Source of the DNA: an uncultured Planctomycetota bacterium
Lineage (GTDB): Bacteria > Planctomycetota > Planctomycetia > Isosphaerales > Isosphaeraceae
Length of the DNA stretch: 64,000 bases
Assembly: GCA_963737655.1 (NCBI GenBank)
Contig: CAVTTN010000002.1
Location: forward strand, 1 to 64,000
Reading direction: 5' to 3'
The notes under the pieces are model-generated. The model made no database searches, was not told the DNA's origin, and saw only the letters and a list, made by a program, of their open reading frames with translations. Position numbers and translations under genes: made by a program. Of this stretch, positions 46,949 through 57,365 are shown piece after piece; the first letter of the stretch is position 1; each line of letters starts with the position of its first letter.

Positions 46949-47708
46949 TTACGAAACCATCTTCGGGACAGGTCGCCTCCTGGCTGCCCTGGCGGTTGGG
47001 ATTCCCGCTCTCACCGCCCAGATTTTCCCCGGCCCGATGACAGAGCAGGAAAAGGCGCTCAAGCGGCTGGCGGAGAACCTGCACCGTAAGAACTACACCG
47101 GCTATGAGCAGGTGGTGCGCATCACCGAGCTGGCGGAGCTGACGGGCAAGCAGGGCAAGGATCTGGCCGAAGCGCTCAACTGCGATCCGTCGTGGGTGTC
47201 GCGCATGCGGTCAGTGGCGAAGCTCCGGCCCGAATGGCTGGAGGCGTTGCGGGCCGAGCAGGTGACGATTTCCGACTGCTCCGAGGCCAACAAGCTCAGC
47301 ATCGACGATCAGGTGATCCTGCTGGAGTCGAAGCTTTCCGGCCATGCCATCGGACGCGAGGGAATGAAGGCCGCCGCACAGAAGCTACGGCAGGGCGGAG
47401 GCAAGTCGGCTAATTCAACGCCGCCCGAGCGCAGCAACCGCGTCAAAATCCCGCTCGCCATGACTTTGAAGGAACCGGACGCAGCCGGGAAGGTCACAGA
47501 GGTGAATATCCGGGGCATCGTCACCGTGGCCAGCCATCCGGGTGAGGAGGTTGACTTGGAAGGCTCGGAAACGCTGCTGCATGAAGCGTTGCGGGCCGTG
47601 CGCGCCGCACGGACACGAGGGCTCGGCCTCAAGGCCGCGCAAGCTTCCTGGAAAGATATGGCGGCAATGAAGGCGAAGACCGCGCCCGCTCCGCCCGCCG
47701 CGGACTGA
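46949..47708 (+). pseudogene. ParB/Spo0J-like protein, 5' end truncated by IS
   Basis: YETIFGTGRLLAA...LAENLHRKN...HTH GKDLAEALNCDPSWVSR. Confidence 0.7.
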
Positions 47709-48088
47709 TCCCGGTAGCAACTCGATTCAGTAGGCCCACCGGAGCGTTACCGGCGGGGGAGTTCGGAAATCTGCGCAAAAAAAGGACGGCGGTGTGGTGG
47801 CCGCCGTCGCGATTCAAGCAATTTACCCCAACTCAGGAACCCGCGCAATGAAAAAAGACCGACGACCATGGCCCTTATTGCGGCTGCATCAAATGCAAGC
47901 CGCTCGACGCTGCCGACCCCGCAGAAACGGGCGAGTGGCCAGCCCTCACACCGGATGCATTGGCTGCTCGGGAGGAAGGGGGAGGTGCCGGTACTCTCAC
48001 CGGCATGCAGGGAAACCCCGCACTGTCACGCCTGAAAGGAGGTGGCGTTCCCCCAGCCAATCGCCGGTGACTGGCCAACCCTACTAAG

Positions 48089-49701
48089 CAGTAGTTTCCC
48101 TGGAAATCGACACTCTCGTCGCGACGTCGCGTAGCATCTCCGTCCCCTCGACGCCGCCGAGCGGCTCCCGAGGCCCTGAAAACCAGGCGTCCGACACCTT
48201 GAGTGCGTCGGATCCATCTGCGATACTTCATCGCGGCCTACACTCAGGCCACTTTCTCCTCGTGTTTCAGCCAGTTCGAGAGGAGACGCTGGATTTCCGG
48301 CCGATGACGCCTCAGCAACCGCTCCACGTCCAGCACGCTCGCTCGGTCCTTCTTCTTGTTCCACGGCGGCGGCGACCACCAATCCGTGCATCCTCGCTCA
48401 TCCAACGCGAATTGCAACAGCCGCAGCAGGCTCATAGTGATCCATTGCACCTGCGTCGTCCGCTCGATCGGCGACTTCGTCCAGGCTCGACACTCCTCCC
48501 ATCCCAGCCTCTGCTTCAGGTCCCGGAACCCGTCCTCCTGGCGGAACCTCGCGGCGAACAACTCGACCATCTCCAACCCGCTCAGACCCAACGCCGAACT
48601 CACCACCGTGAATCGCTTCTGGTAACCCTCGACCTCGGCCACCACCGCCTTGACCGTCACGTCATGTCCGAGCACCCGCCAGAGGCAGGCGATCTCCTTC
48701 CAACGGACCTTTCGCACCCGGCCGTAGATAAAGGCCTCGCCCTTCTTCCAATCCCCGGGCCAGCGTCCCCCCTGGCGAGGCGGGGACAGCTTCTTGCCCC
48801 ACACGGGAGTCCGGCCTCGTTTCCCCTTGGGTCGCTTGGCCGGCGGCAGGGCGTGGAGTCGGGCGTCGTGCCGCAACCGGGTCAGGAAGTCGATGCGAGG
48901 CAAGCCCTCTTCGGCCATGACCAGTGGCCGAACGACATTCTTCAGGGCGTAGCCGCCGTCGAAGACGCCCAGGTGAGGCCCGGCGTTGATCCGGGCCTGT
49001 TCCCGCAGCAGTTCGACGGCCAGTTCGCACTTGGTCCGGAAGACCTGCTTGGGGCCGGCGACGCCACAGCGGAAGGGGAGTTGCGACTTGCGGAAGTAGA
49101 GCCGCCCGGAGATCGGCAGATACCAGGCGGGCTGGCCATCGTTCTTGAGCAAGGCCCCGAGGCAGACCCAGTTGTGAGCCCGGACGGTGGTGGCCCGGTT
49201 GGGACAGCGAGCGGTGTATTCGTGGAAGGTGCATGTGCCCCAGACGTGCTCGCCCGAGCGATGGACCTTGGTGTCATCGACGGCCGAGATCCGATAGCCG
49301 TGCCAGATCCGGCCGGGAGCCTCGTCGATGAGTCCGGAGAGGTTGCTGGTGAGGATCTCGGGCTTCCAGACGGCGTACTCGGCGAAGGATTCCAGGGCCT
49401 TCCAGTCGGCCAGTCGCTCGATGGCGACGACCGACTGGGTGATGGTGTGCTCCTCGACGTTGAGGGATAGAGCGGTGACCCACTCGACGAAGCGGCGGTA
49501 GCCGGGTCGAGTGAATGCGGAGGCGAAGGGTTTGAGGAGTAGTTGCCAGAGGGACCAGACGACTGTAGCCTGCCGCATCGGGGCATCTCCGTTTGCGGAG
49601 TTGATGGGAGGGTAAGCACCCATCAAGGTCCGCTGGGGAGATGCCCCGCTCAAGATATACGGAACTTCAGATCGGTTGCTCGATTTTCAGGGAAACTACT
49701 G
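48089..49701 (-). mobile_element. IS4/IS701-superfamily element, copy 2 (inverted relative to copy 1)
   Basis: Same TIRs and identical transposase; 6-bp TSD ACTAAG. Confidence 0.92.
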
Positions 49702-49822
49702 ACTAAGGGCGCTCCATCGGTTTCGACTTTTCTACGCTCCACCGATTTCACAGCACCCCGTTCGCACGGGATTCAACGACCAAACTAAATCACAGTTCCA
49801 CCCTTCGCACAAGGACATTTCG

Positions 49823-50131
49823 ATGCTCAAGAATTTCAGCGAGTCCCTGAGGAACACGATCCAGCTCATCACCAGCCTCGTCCAGCTCGGCATCCTGCTG
49901 GCCGTAATCGGCGGCGGCTGGTGGGTCTACGACAAGATCAGCAACATCGGCAAGCACATGCCGAGCCTTCCCAGCATGGCCGACATCGTGCCGCCGAAGA
50001 TCGAGGTGAAGGTGCCGGACGTGAAGCTGCCCGACATCAACATGACCGACCTCACCGTGCCCGAGATGCTGTTCGGTCGGAAACAAAGGCCGGTGGATAA
50101 CGGGCACTTATGGCAGTTTGATGAACCTTGA
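49823..50131 (+). CDS. Hypothetical single-TM protein
   Basis: AAGGA RBS, TM helix, Pro-rich VKVPD/VKLPD repeats. Confidence 0.6.
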   Translation: MLKNFSESLRNTIQLITSLVQLGILLAVIGGGWWVYDKISNIGKHMPSLPSMADIVPPKIEVKVPDVKLPDINMTDLTVPEMLFGRKQRPVDNGHLWQFDEP

Positions 50132-50254
50132 CTTGGAAAGAAAGCGGTATTGCAGAGAACACGGCTGCCTTTCGAGCGAGCACAATCACTCTCCCGGCGT
50201 CGATGGTGGAATCCTTCGAGGCGCGCGAGCGATGGCAAAGTTGATGGGACGCCT

Positions 50255-51767
50255 ATGACAACCATCGCCGTCGGCCTCATCCTCGGGGTGCTGTTCTGGC
50301 TGCTCAGGCAGCGCGAGCGGCGAACAGCGCCCCCAATGTCACCCAAAGACCCACTCGATTCACCCTTGATGTTCTGGTCGCCCAAAGACCCATTGACACA
50401 ACGCGATTTGTTTAGGTCGGTATGCGTTATGGGTTCATCAGGCTCAGGGAAAACATCGGGCGTCGGTTTCCAACTCGGCAAGGCGCTGGCGCGCGCGAAA
50501 AACTGTCGATGCTCATCTTCGCATCGAAACCGGAGGACCGCAAATTTTGGCAAAGCATCGCCGGGGCCGCCGGGAAGGAGCTAATCACGTTCGCGCCCGG
50601 CGAGCCGCACCGCTTCAACTTCATGGATTTCGAGTCGAGGCATGCCAATGTTTCAGCGCGGGAACTGACACAAAGCATCCTTATCGCGGCGGAAACGCTG
50701 ACAAAATCGGAGGGCGGCACTACAGAAAGTTTCTGGAAGATCAACAAGGCCCGCGTGCTGCAAAACGGCATCGAGCCGCTGTTGCAAGCCTACGGCAAAC
50801 TCGACCTGTACGACTTGCAGCGGTTCATCACCGACGCGGCGAAATCGCTGGATCAGTTCGCCTCGGAGCAATGGAAGGCCGGATACCACCACGAAGCCAT
50901 GGGCAAGGCTTATGAGAATTGCAACAAGCGAAAAGTGGAGGGCAAAGCAGGTGTGGGAATAGCCGCACACGATCTGGATGTAGCATTTGAATTCTGGGGC
51001 GAATGGGCGGCGATGAATGATCGCACCCGCTCGTCAATCCTGGCCGACGTGATGGCCACGCTGTTCGTCTATAACACTGGCGAAGTGAAGGAGATGATCG
51101 GCACCAGAACGACGATCAGCCCGGACATATTCGAGCAGGGGCCTGGCTGTTTGTGGATTATCCCGTTGCCAACTTCGGGGCGGCTGGTTCCTTCATCATG
51201 GGCGCATGGAAGCTCTCCGCTCAGAAATACATCCTGCGCAGAGCGGCCACGGAAACGACGCCGACGCTGGTGATCTGGGCTGATGAATACCAAAACGTCA
51301 TGTCCAGCTTCGATGCCCCTTTCCTCGCGGAATGCCGCTCGCACCGTGCAGCGATGGTCGTACTGACGCAATCCATCCACAGCTTCTTTTCATCCATCGG
51401 TGGTAAGGAGGCGCACAGCCAAACCAAGGCCCTGCTGACGAATTTCGGCACCAAAATCTTCACGGCGCTGGGGGACGAGGAATCGGCCAAATTCGCCAGC
51501 TCGCACATCAGCCGCACGATCATCCGGCTGGCCAGCTCATCGCGGTCAGGCGCGGCCAAAATGTTCAACGAGTTCTCCGGCAATTACAACCTCAGCACCT
51601 CGCTGAGTGAGTCCGTCAGCGAGAGGCTATTGCCGGGGCTTTTCATGAACGGGCACAAGACAGGCGGCCCGGAAAACGGCTGCATCGTCACCGCCTGGGT
51701 CATCAGGAACGGCGAAAGTTTCTCCAACGGGGAAAACGCCATGCTGGTTGGATTCTCACAGAAATGA
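50255..51767 (+). pseudogene. VirD4/TraD-like type IV coupling protein with two frameshifts
   Basis: N-terminal TM, Walker A GSSGSGKT, Walker B IWADEYQ, VVLTQS, LLTNFGTKIF, spread over three frames. Confidence 0.8.
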
Positions 51768-51814
51768 CCATATCGGTGGCTTCACCGAAATGGTTTCCAT
51801 CAAGAGGAGCAACT

Positions 51815-52381
51815 ATGTCAGAAGGCTATGAACAGCAGCCGAAACCCTCGCTGCGGGAAATCGCCGCCAACACGATGCTGGTGAGGCACACCATCGTCAC
51901 CGTCCACAAGCTCTGCCTCGCCGTCTTCATGCGGCGCGGCTTCGGAACCAAGGCGTTCGACCCCTACGGGTTCTTCGCCCTCGTCGTGCTCATCGGCCTA
52001 TCGGCGGCTTACCCGGTGCTTTACACCTTCATGGTGGTCTGGTTCTTCACCCTCGTCGCGCAGCGCATCGACACCTTCCGGCTTTACCTCAAGGGCTATC
52101 GCGGGCATAGCCGCTATCACGGCTTTCCGTGGCTGGCCGGGCTCATGCCCAACGTCAAAACGCCGGAGCAGGCACTCAGGTTCGAGCCGTTCATGTGCCT
52201 GTTCGTCGGGCTTTTCATCGCCACATTCAGCGCGCCGCTGGGCGTCTTCGTCATGGCCGGGTTCGTTTCATTCCCCGTCAGCATGGCAATTGAGGAAATC
52301 TCGCTTCGCCGCGAGGTGCAGGAGATGAACGATTCGGAGATTGAGATGGAAAACATCTCCGAGCGTTTCCGGCGGCAGTGA
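51815..52381 (+). CDS. Hypothetical multi-TM protein
   Basis: GAGGAG RBS; four hydrophobic segments; HSRYHGFPW. Confidence 0.7.
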   Translation: MSEGYEQQPKPSLREIAANTMLVRHTIVTVHKLCLAVFMRRGFGTKAFDPYGFFALVVLIGLSAAYPVLYTFMVVWFFTLVAQRIDTFRLYLKGYRGHSRYHGFPWLAGLMPNVKTPEQALRFEPFMCLFVGLFIATFSAPLGVFVMAGFVSFPVSMAIEEISLRREVQEMNDSEIEMENISERFRRQ

Positions 52382-52469
52382 TGGCAGCAGGGGCAGGAAT
52401 CGAACCTGCGACCCGCCCGGAAACGGACGAACCGCACTTCCGGGCTGCTCTCCCCTGAGCTACGCCGCC
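52382..52469 (-). ncRNA. tRNA-like RNA whose anticodon loop is replaced by an extended hairpin
   Basis: GGCGGCG-TA-GCTC AGGGGA GAGC-A-GCCCG [21 nt] CGGGC-GGGTC-GCAGG TTCGATT CCTGC-CCCTGCT-G-CCA. Confidence 0.7.
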
Positions 52470-52515
52470 ACGGATTTCAGACCACGTTTCTCTACCTCAG
52501 TCAAGGAGTTTCACA

Positions 52516-52989
52516 GTGGCAAAAGAACCCACGTCGATGATCGGGCACCTGCACAGCGCGGTGCAGCGGAGCGGGCGCGCCGTCTTCATGAACCCCGTTA
52601 CCAGATTCATCGGGCGCACCGTCGTCGAGATGGGCGAAAGGCTCATCCCGCACGGGGCAAACGAGCTTGGCAATGCCATCTACACCGGCAGCGCCTACGC
52701 ACCCCCCGTCCTCCACACCCCGGATCAGGGCAATGTCCACGGCACGGGCGCGGCACAGAAGAAGGAGGAACCCGCGCCGAAAGTCGAGCAGGTCTCTTCG
52801 CCCCAACCGGCCAGCGGGTGGGGGTATCAAGCGCCCATGGGGTTCAGGGAGGTCGGATACCGCGACAACGCCAAGATCGTTGACATGCAGCCGCAACTCG
52901 AAGGAGCCAAACAAGATTACAACGCTCGCCTCGAAGCGGCGGCGGCGCGGGCACCCAAGAGTGACAAGGGACAAGACCATGTTCGTTGA
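52516..52989 (+). CDS. Hypothetical protein
   Basis: AAGGAG RBS with GTG start; overlaps the next ORF. Confidence 0.6.
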   Translation: MAKEPTSMIGHLHSAVQRSGRAVFMNPVTRFIGRTVVEMGERLIPHGANELGNAIYTGSAYAPPVLHTPDQGNVHGTGAAQKKEEPAPKVEQVSSPQPASGWGYQAPMGFREVGYRDNAKIVDMQPQLEGAKQDYNARLEAAAARAPKSDKGQDHVR

Positions 52990-53161
52990 TTCGCAAGCGG
53001 CTGATCCGGCCATCCACCGGATCGCGATCACCATCGCTCTCCAGTGTCGGCATATCATCCAGGGATGCTTGCGCGAAGAAGAATGGCATGACGCCGACTT
53101 GGCCTTTTACCGAATCGTTCGCGAGGCGCTCGAAAAACCCAAACGTCAGGAGGAGGTCTGA
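52979..53161 (+). CDS. Small conserved hypothetical protein (homolog of 40882-41082)
   Basis: MFVDSQ...CRHIIQGCLREEEWHDADLAFYR. Confidence 0.75.
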   Translation: MFVDSQAADPAIHRIAITIALQCRHIIQGCLREEEWHDADLAFYRIVREALEKPKRQEEV

Positions 53162-53163
53162 AC

Positions 53164-53325
53164 ATGCTGCTCGTAGAACTGCGAGACGAAGACGGGTTCG
53201 ACGACCACGATCGGGCACGGGCTTCGGACATGGAGGAAAGCCGCCCGATTTACCCGCGCATCTTCCTCGCCGAAGAAGAAGCGCCGGACCACGAAGAGGT
53301 ACAACCCGACGAACCGGAGGCGTGA
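53164..53325 (+). CDS. Small acidic hypothetical protein
   Basis: GGAGG RBS; tightly packed in the operon; 53 aa. Confidence 0.45.
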   Translation: MLLVELRDEDGFDDHDRARASDMEESRPIYPRIFLAEEEAPDHEEVQPDEPEA

Positions 53326-53327
53326 TC

Positions 53328-53654
53328 ATGGAAGATGAAAAACCCTTGTCCCCGGCGACGCAGAAAGCAGTCTTCGCCGAGATTCGGGCCGACGAACACG
53401 CCGCCCGCGTCCGTGACTTCGGAGAGGCCGACGCTGCAACCTACGACGCCAGGATGGCGGAGGCCTACCGCTTTCGAGCCGAGGCATTGGGCCCTGAGCC
53501 GCCCAACCCACCACCGGTCACTCCGGCGGAACTCGAGCGGGCGGTGGCTGAAATCGAACGCCAATGGCAGCAGCCATCCTCCTACGACCAGCGGCTTGCT
53601 GAAGCCGCCGCACGGATGCCAAACAAACCCAAGGACATCGACAGGGCCCGATGA
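53328..53654 (+). CDS. Hypothetical protein
   Basis: GGAGG RBS; MEDEKPLSP...KDIDRAR. Confidence 0.55.
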   Translation: MEDEKPLSPATQKAVFAEIRADEHAARVRDFGEADAATYDARMAEAYRFRAEALGPEPPNPPPVTPAELERAVAEIERQWQQPSSYDQRLAEAAARMPNKPKDIDRAR

Positions 53655-53831
53655 CGCGCCAGAGGCAAGAGCGACGCGCCCCTGCCGCGATCATCCTGTC
53701 GTTGCTGGGGGGAAAAGTTGACCTGCCGAAAATGAACGGCAAGCAAAGCGGCTCGCCCGGCAGCGTGCTGGGTGGGCCGGGCGGCGGGAGACGGCGGAGA
53801 CGCGACACCGAGGAGAAGGAGGTTACGTGAG

Positions 53832-54026
53832 ATGAGCATCGATGCGGCACCAAAGCTGATCAATGCGGAAGAACTGGCCCAAATGCTCGACGTTTCCGAA
53901 CGGACGCTCTGGCGGCTGCTCTCCGGTCACAAACTGCCCGAGCCGGTCCGCATCGGCCGCAACACGCGCTGGCGGTTGGCCGAGGTCACCGACTGGATCG
54001 AGCGGGGGTGCCCGATTGGAAAATAG
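53832..54026 (+). CDS. AlpA/excisionase-like HTH protein (element 1)
   Basis: LINAEELAQMLDVSERTLWRL...NTRWRLAEVTDWI. Confidence 0.88.
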   Translation: MSIDAAPKLINAEELAQMLDVSERTLWRLLSGHKLPEPVRIGRNTRWRLAEVTDWIERGCPIGK

Positions 54027-54061
54027 CGATTGCGCGACAACGGGTGATGGCAGGATGCTGA

Positions 54062-54244
54062 TTAGCGGGCCAGGGACTTTCCTGTCAGACCTGGCAAAGA
54101 CGGGGCTGCGATGTCGCCGCACTCGGCCAGGGCGATGCCCGTGGTCAGGTCGTCGCGTGCGTGCTGCTCCCATGCGACGAGCGCCTTTGCCTTTCCTTGG
54201 GCGAGGCGCGCCCTCATGGCGTCCATTTTTTCGTCGATACTCAT
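54062..54244 (-). CDS. Small hypothetical protein
   Basis: 60-aa ORF between alpA and int. Confidence 0.35.
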   Translation of the reverse strand: MSIDEKMDAMRARLAQGKAKALVAWEQHARDDLTTGIALAECGDIAAPSLPGLTGKSLAR

Positions 54245-54421
54245 GGCTGGATTATCGCATAAAAGAAGCCCTTGCGCAACGAGGCAGCAAGGGGCGACGA
54301 TGACTAGGCTGAACCTAGCCAGCGATGAAGCCCTGAAGCTCGCCAGCTGACCCACCTGGCGCGCTCCGCCTCCTGAACGTATAATCACCGAACCGACCCC
54401 GACACACCCGGAGCCATCCCC

Positions 54422-55891
54422 ATGGCCTCGATCTACAAGAGATGCCGCGACAAGAAAAAGAAGAACGTCCCCTACCAGATCGAATACCTCGACGTAGACG
54501 GCGAGCGTAAGGTCGTCAAGGGGTTCACCGACAAGGGCCTCACTGAGCAACTGGCCGCGAAGCTGGAGAACGAAGTCCTCCTACGGAAGCGGGGGATGAT
54601 CGACCCGCTGGCCGAGCAACTCGCCGTCCGTAGACAGTCGCTGGTCGGCGACTCCCTCGACGCATTCCGCCGGAGCATGGACAACACGACCCCGAAGCAC
54701 CAGCAGCTCACCATGACGAGGGTGACTCGGCTGGTGGAGGCATCCGGGGCCAAAACGCTCGCCGATCTCGACGCCGAAAAGGTCGAGAACTGCCTGAAGG
54801 AACTCCGCCGGGCCGATGACCTCGGCGCCCGGACGTACAACCACTACCTCCAGGCGATCGACGAATTCGGGAAATGGCTCGTGTCGAGCAAGCGGCTGAC
54901 GATCAACCCGGTGGCGGGCATCGAGCGGCTGAACGCGGAGACGGACATCCGCCATCCTCGCCGTGCGCTCACGACGGAGGAAGTCTCCAAACTCGTCGAG
55001 TCGGCCAGGTCGAGCGGCGTCGAGGTCCAGGGCTACGACGGAGAGCTTCGGGCTCGGGCGTACCTGATGAGCTTCTTCACCGGCCTGCGGCGGCAGGAGC
55101 TGGGGAGTCTCACGCCCCGGTCATTCAAGCTCGACGACGCCCAGCCGACCCTCAAGGTCAAGGCGGCCTGCTCGAAGCACCGGCGGGAGGACACCCTGCC
55201 GATGCACGCGGAGCTGGTCCTCCTGGTGCGTGAGTGGGTGCGTGTTCTTGGTCCGAAAGATCTTCTCTTCCCCCGGATCGAGAAGAAGAAGACCTGGCTG
55301 ATGGTGAAGAAGGACCTGGAGCGGGTCGGCATCCCCTACGAGACGCACGAGGGCATCGCCGACTTCCATGCTGCAGGCCGGCACTCGCATATCACCGGAC
55401 TGCTCAGGAACGGCGCCACGTTGGTCGAGGCCCGCGAATTGGCCAGGCACTCCGACGTCAGGATGACGATGAAATACACCCACATCGGCCTTCAGGATCA
55501 GGCCGACGCCCTGGCAGGTCTGCCAAACCCAAACGCATATACAACCGCTAATTGGCTGGGTATTGGCTGGGTTTCGGGCGGCGCTCAGGGGCAGGAGGTG
55601 ACGCCGAGTGTCAGCGATCCTGACCAGAACACTCAGTCTACAAACGAACAAACCCCGGCGGAGCCGGGGCTTGTGTCGTCTTCTGTCGCAAGTTGTCACC
55701 AGATGGCAACTTACAGCGAAGTGGAGGCGGCGGGAATTGCACCCGCGTCCCGAGATTCATCGACGAGGGCATCTACGTGCGTATCCGGTCGTTTGATTGT
55801 CGGCCTGGTCCCCCCGATCGGCAGGGTGGACTGTGGCTTAGCTCCTCATGAGATTCGTCCGTGCCTCAAGGTGCGGCTTGGCAGGGACTAG
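54422..55891 (+). CDS. Tyrosine integrase of element 1; the ORF reads through att into antisense ssrA
   Basis: TGLRRQEL, DFHAAGRHS, LARHSDVRMTMKYTH; adjacent to the ssrA 3' end. Confidence 0.93.
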   Translation: MASIYKRCRDKKKKNVPYQIEYLDVDGERKVVKGFTDKGLTEQLAAKLENEVLLRKRGMIDPLAEQLAVRRQSLVGDSLDAFRRSMDNTTPKHQQLTMTRVTRLVEASGAKTLADLDAEKVENCLKELRRADDLGARTYNHYLQAIDEFGKWLVSSKRLTINPVAGIERLNAETDIRHPRRALTTEEVSKLVESARSSGVEVQGYDGELRARAYLMSFFTGLRRQELGSLTPRSFKLDDAQPTLKVKAACSKHRREDTLPMHAELVLLVREWVRVLGPKDLLFPRIEKKKTWLMVKKDLERVGIPYETHEGIADFHAAGRHSHITGLLRNGATLVEARELARHSDVRMTMKYTHIGLQDQADALAGLPNPNAYTTANWLGIGWVSGGAQGQEVTPSVSDPDQNTQSTNEQTPAEPGLVSSSVASCHQMATYSEVEAAGIAPASRDSSTRASTCVSGRLIVGLVPPIGRVDCGLAPHEIRPCLKVRLGRD

Positions 55892-56086
55892 CCCGCATTG
55901 GCGTCACCGGGCGGCCCTAGCGGGCGAAGGGACGCCGCGATGCCGTGCGCTGGTGTTTAGGCAGCGAGACGGAGAGAGGGAGTCCTCTCGGCAGATAGTG
56001 TTTGGTCGGCTTTTAACGAGGCCTGCTGACCAACCTCGGCACGCAGCCACACGCGTCAGCAATCCGGTCGATCCTGGTTCGCCCCC
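55722..56086 (-). ncRNA. ssrA: tmRNA; tag peptide (A)AERTPSLRLAA at 55957-55992
   Basis: 5' GGGGGCG and 3' CGCCTCCA acceptor stem with G3:U; T-arm; internal ORF ending LAA-stop; 365 nt. Confidence 0.93.
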
Positions 56087-56404
56087 GGGTTCTTGAGTAT
56101 TCCGGACGAAGGCTGTTAAGATTGTACCTGCCCGCTCCGCCCGATCAAGGTGGTCTCCAGGATTGCGTCTCTCGACGGCCTCGCGAATCCTCTCCGAGGA
56201 TGGATCGGAAGCCCTCTTGGCTAGTGGTTGAGCCCGGAAGTTCTTTGGAGTAATTTCGGCTGCCCTCCTCTCGGAGGGCCTTGATTTCGGCCTATTTTGA
56301 GAGTCTAGCAGCCGGGTTTACTACCCAGAATTTGAGAGTCTGACCACGAGGCGGCGATTCCCGCCCTGTTCTCTTCCTGACGGCGTCTCCTTGTTCCTCT
56401 TAGA

Positions 56405-57364
<960 letters not shown>

Positions 57365-57365
57365 C

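Noticed and set aside
47709..48088. Hairpins after parB as an oriT or replication origin, and a 97-aa ORF
   Set aside because: GC-rich inverted repeats are present but there is no recognisable nic site or iterons; not supportable from sequence alone
15949..49701. Inversion by recombination between the two inverted IS4-like copies as the cause of the flipped att
   Set aside because: Each copy retains its own matching 6-bp TSD, and the IS630 ORF rejoins across copy 1, so the flanks were not exchanged
52382..52469. Functional decoding tRNA, intron-containing tRNA or att remnant
   Set aside because: There is no YU-NNN-R anticodon loop with or without removing an insert, and the sequence is full-length and does not match the ssrA att core
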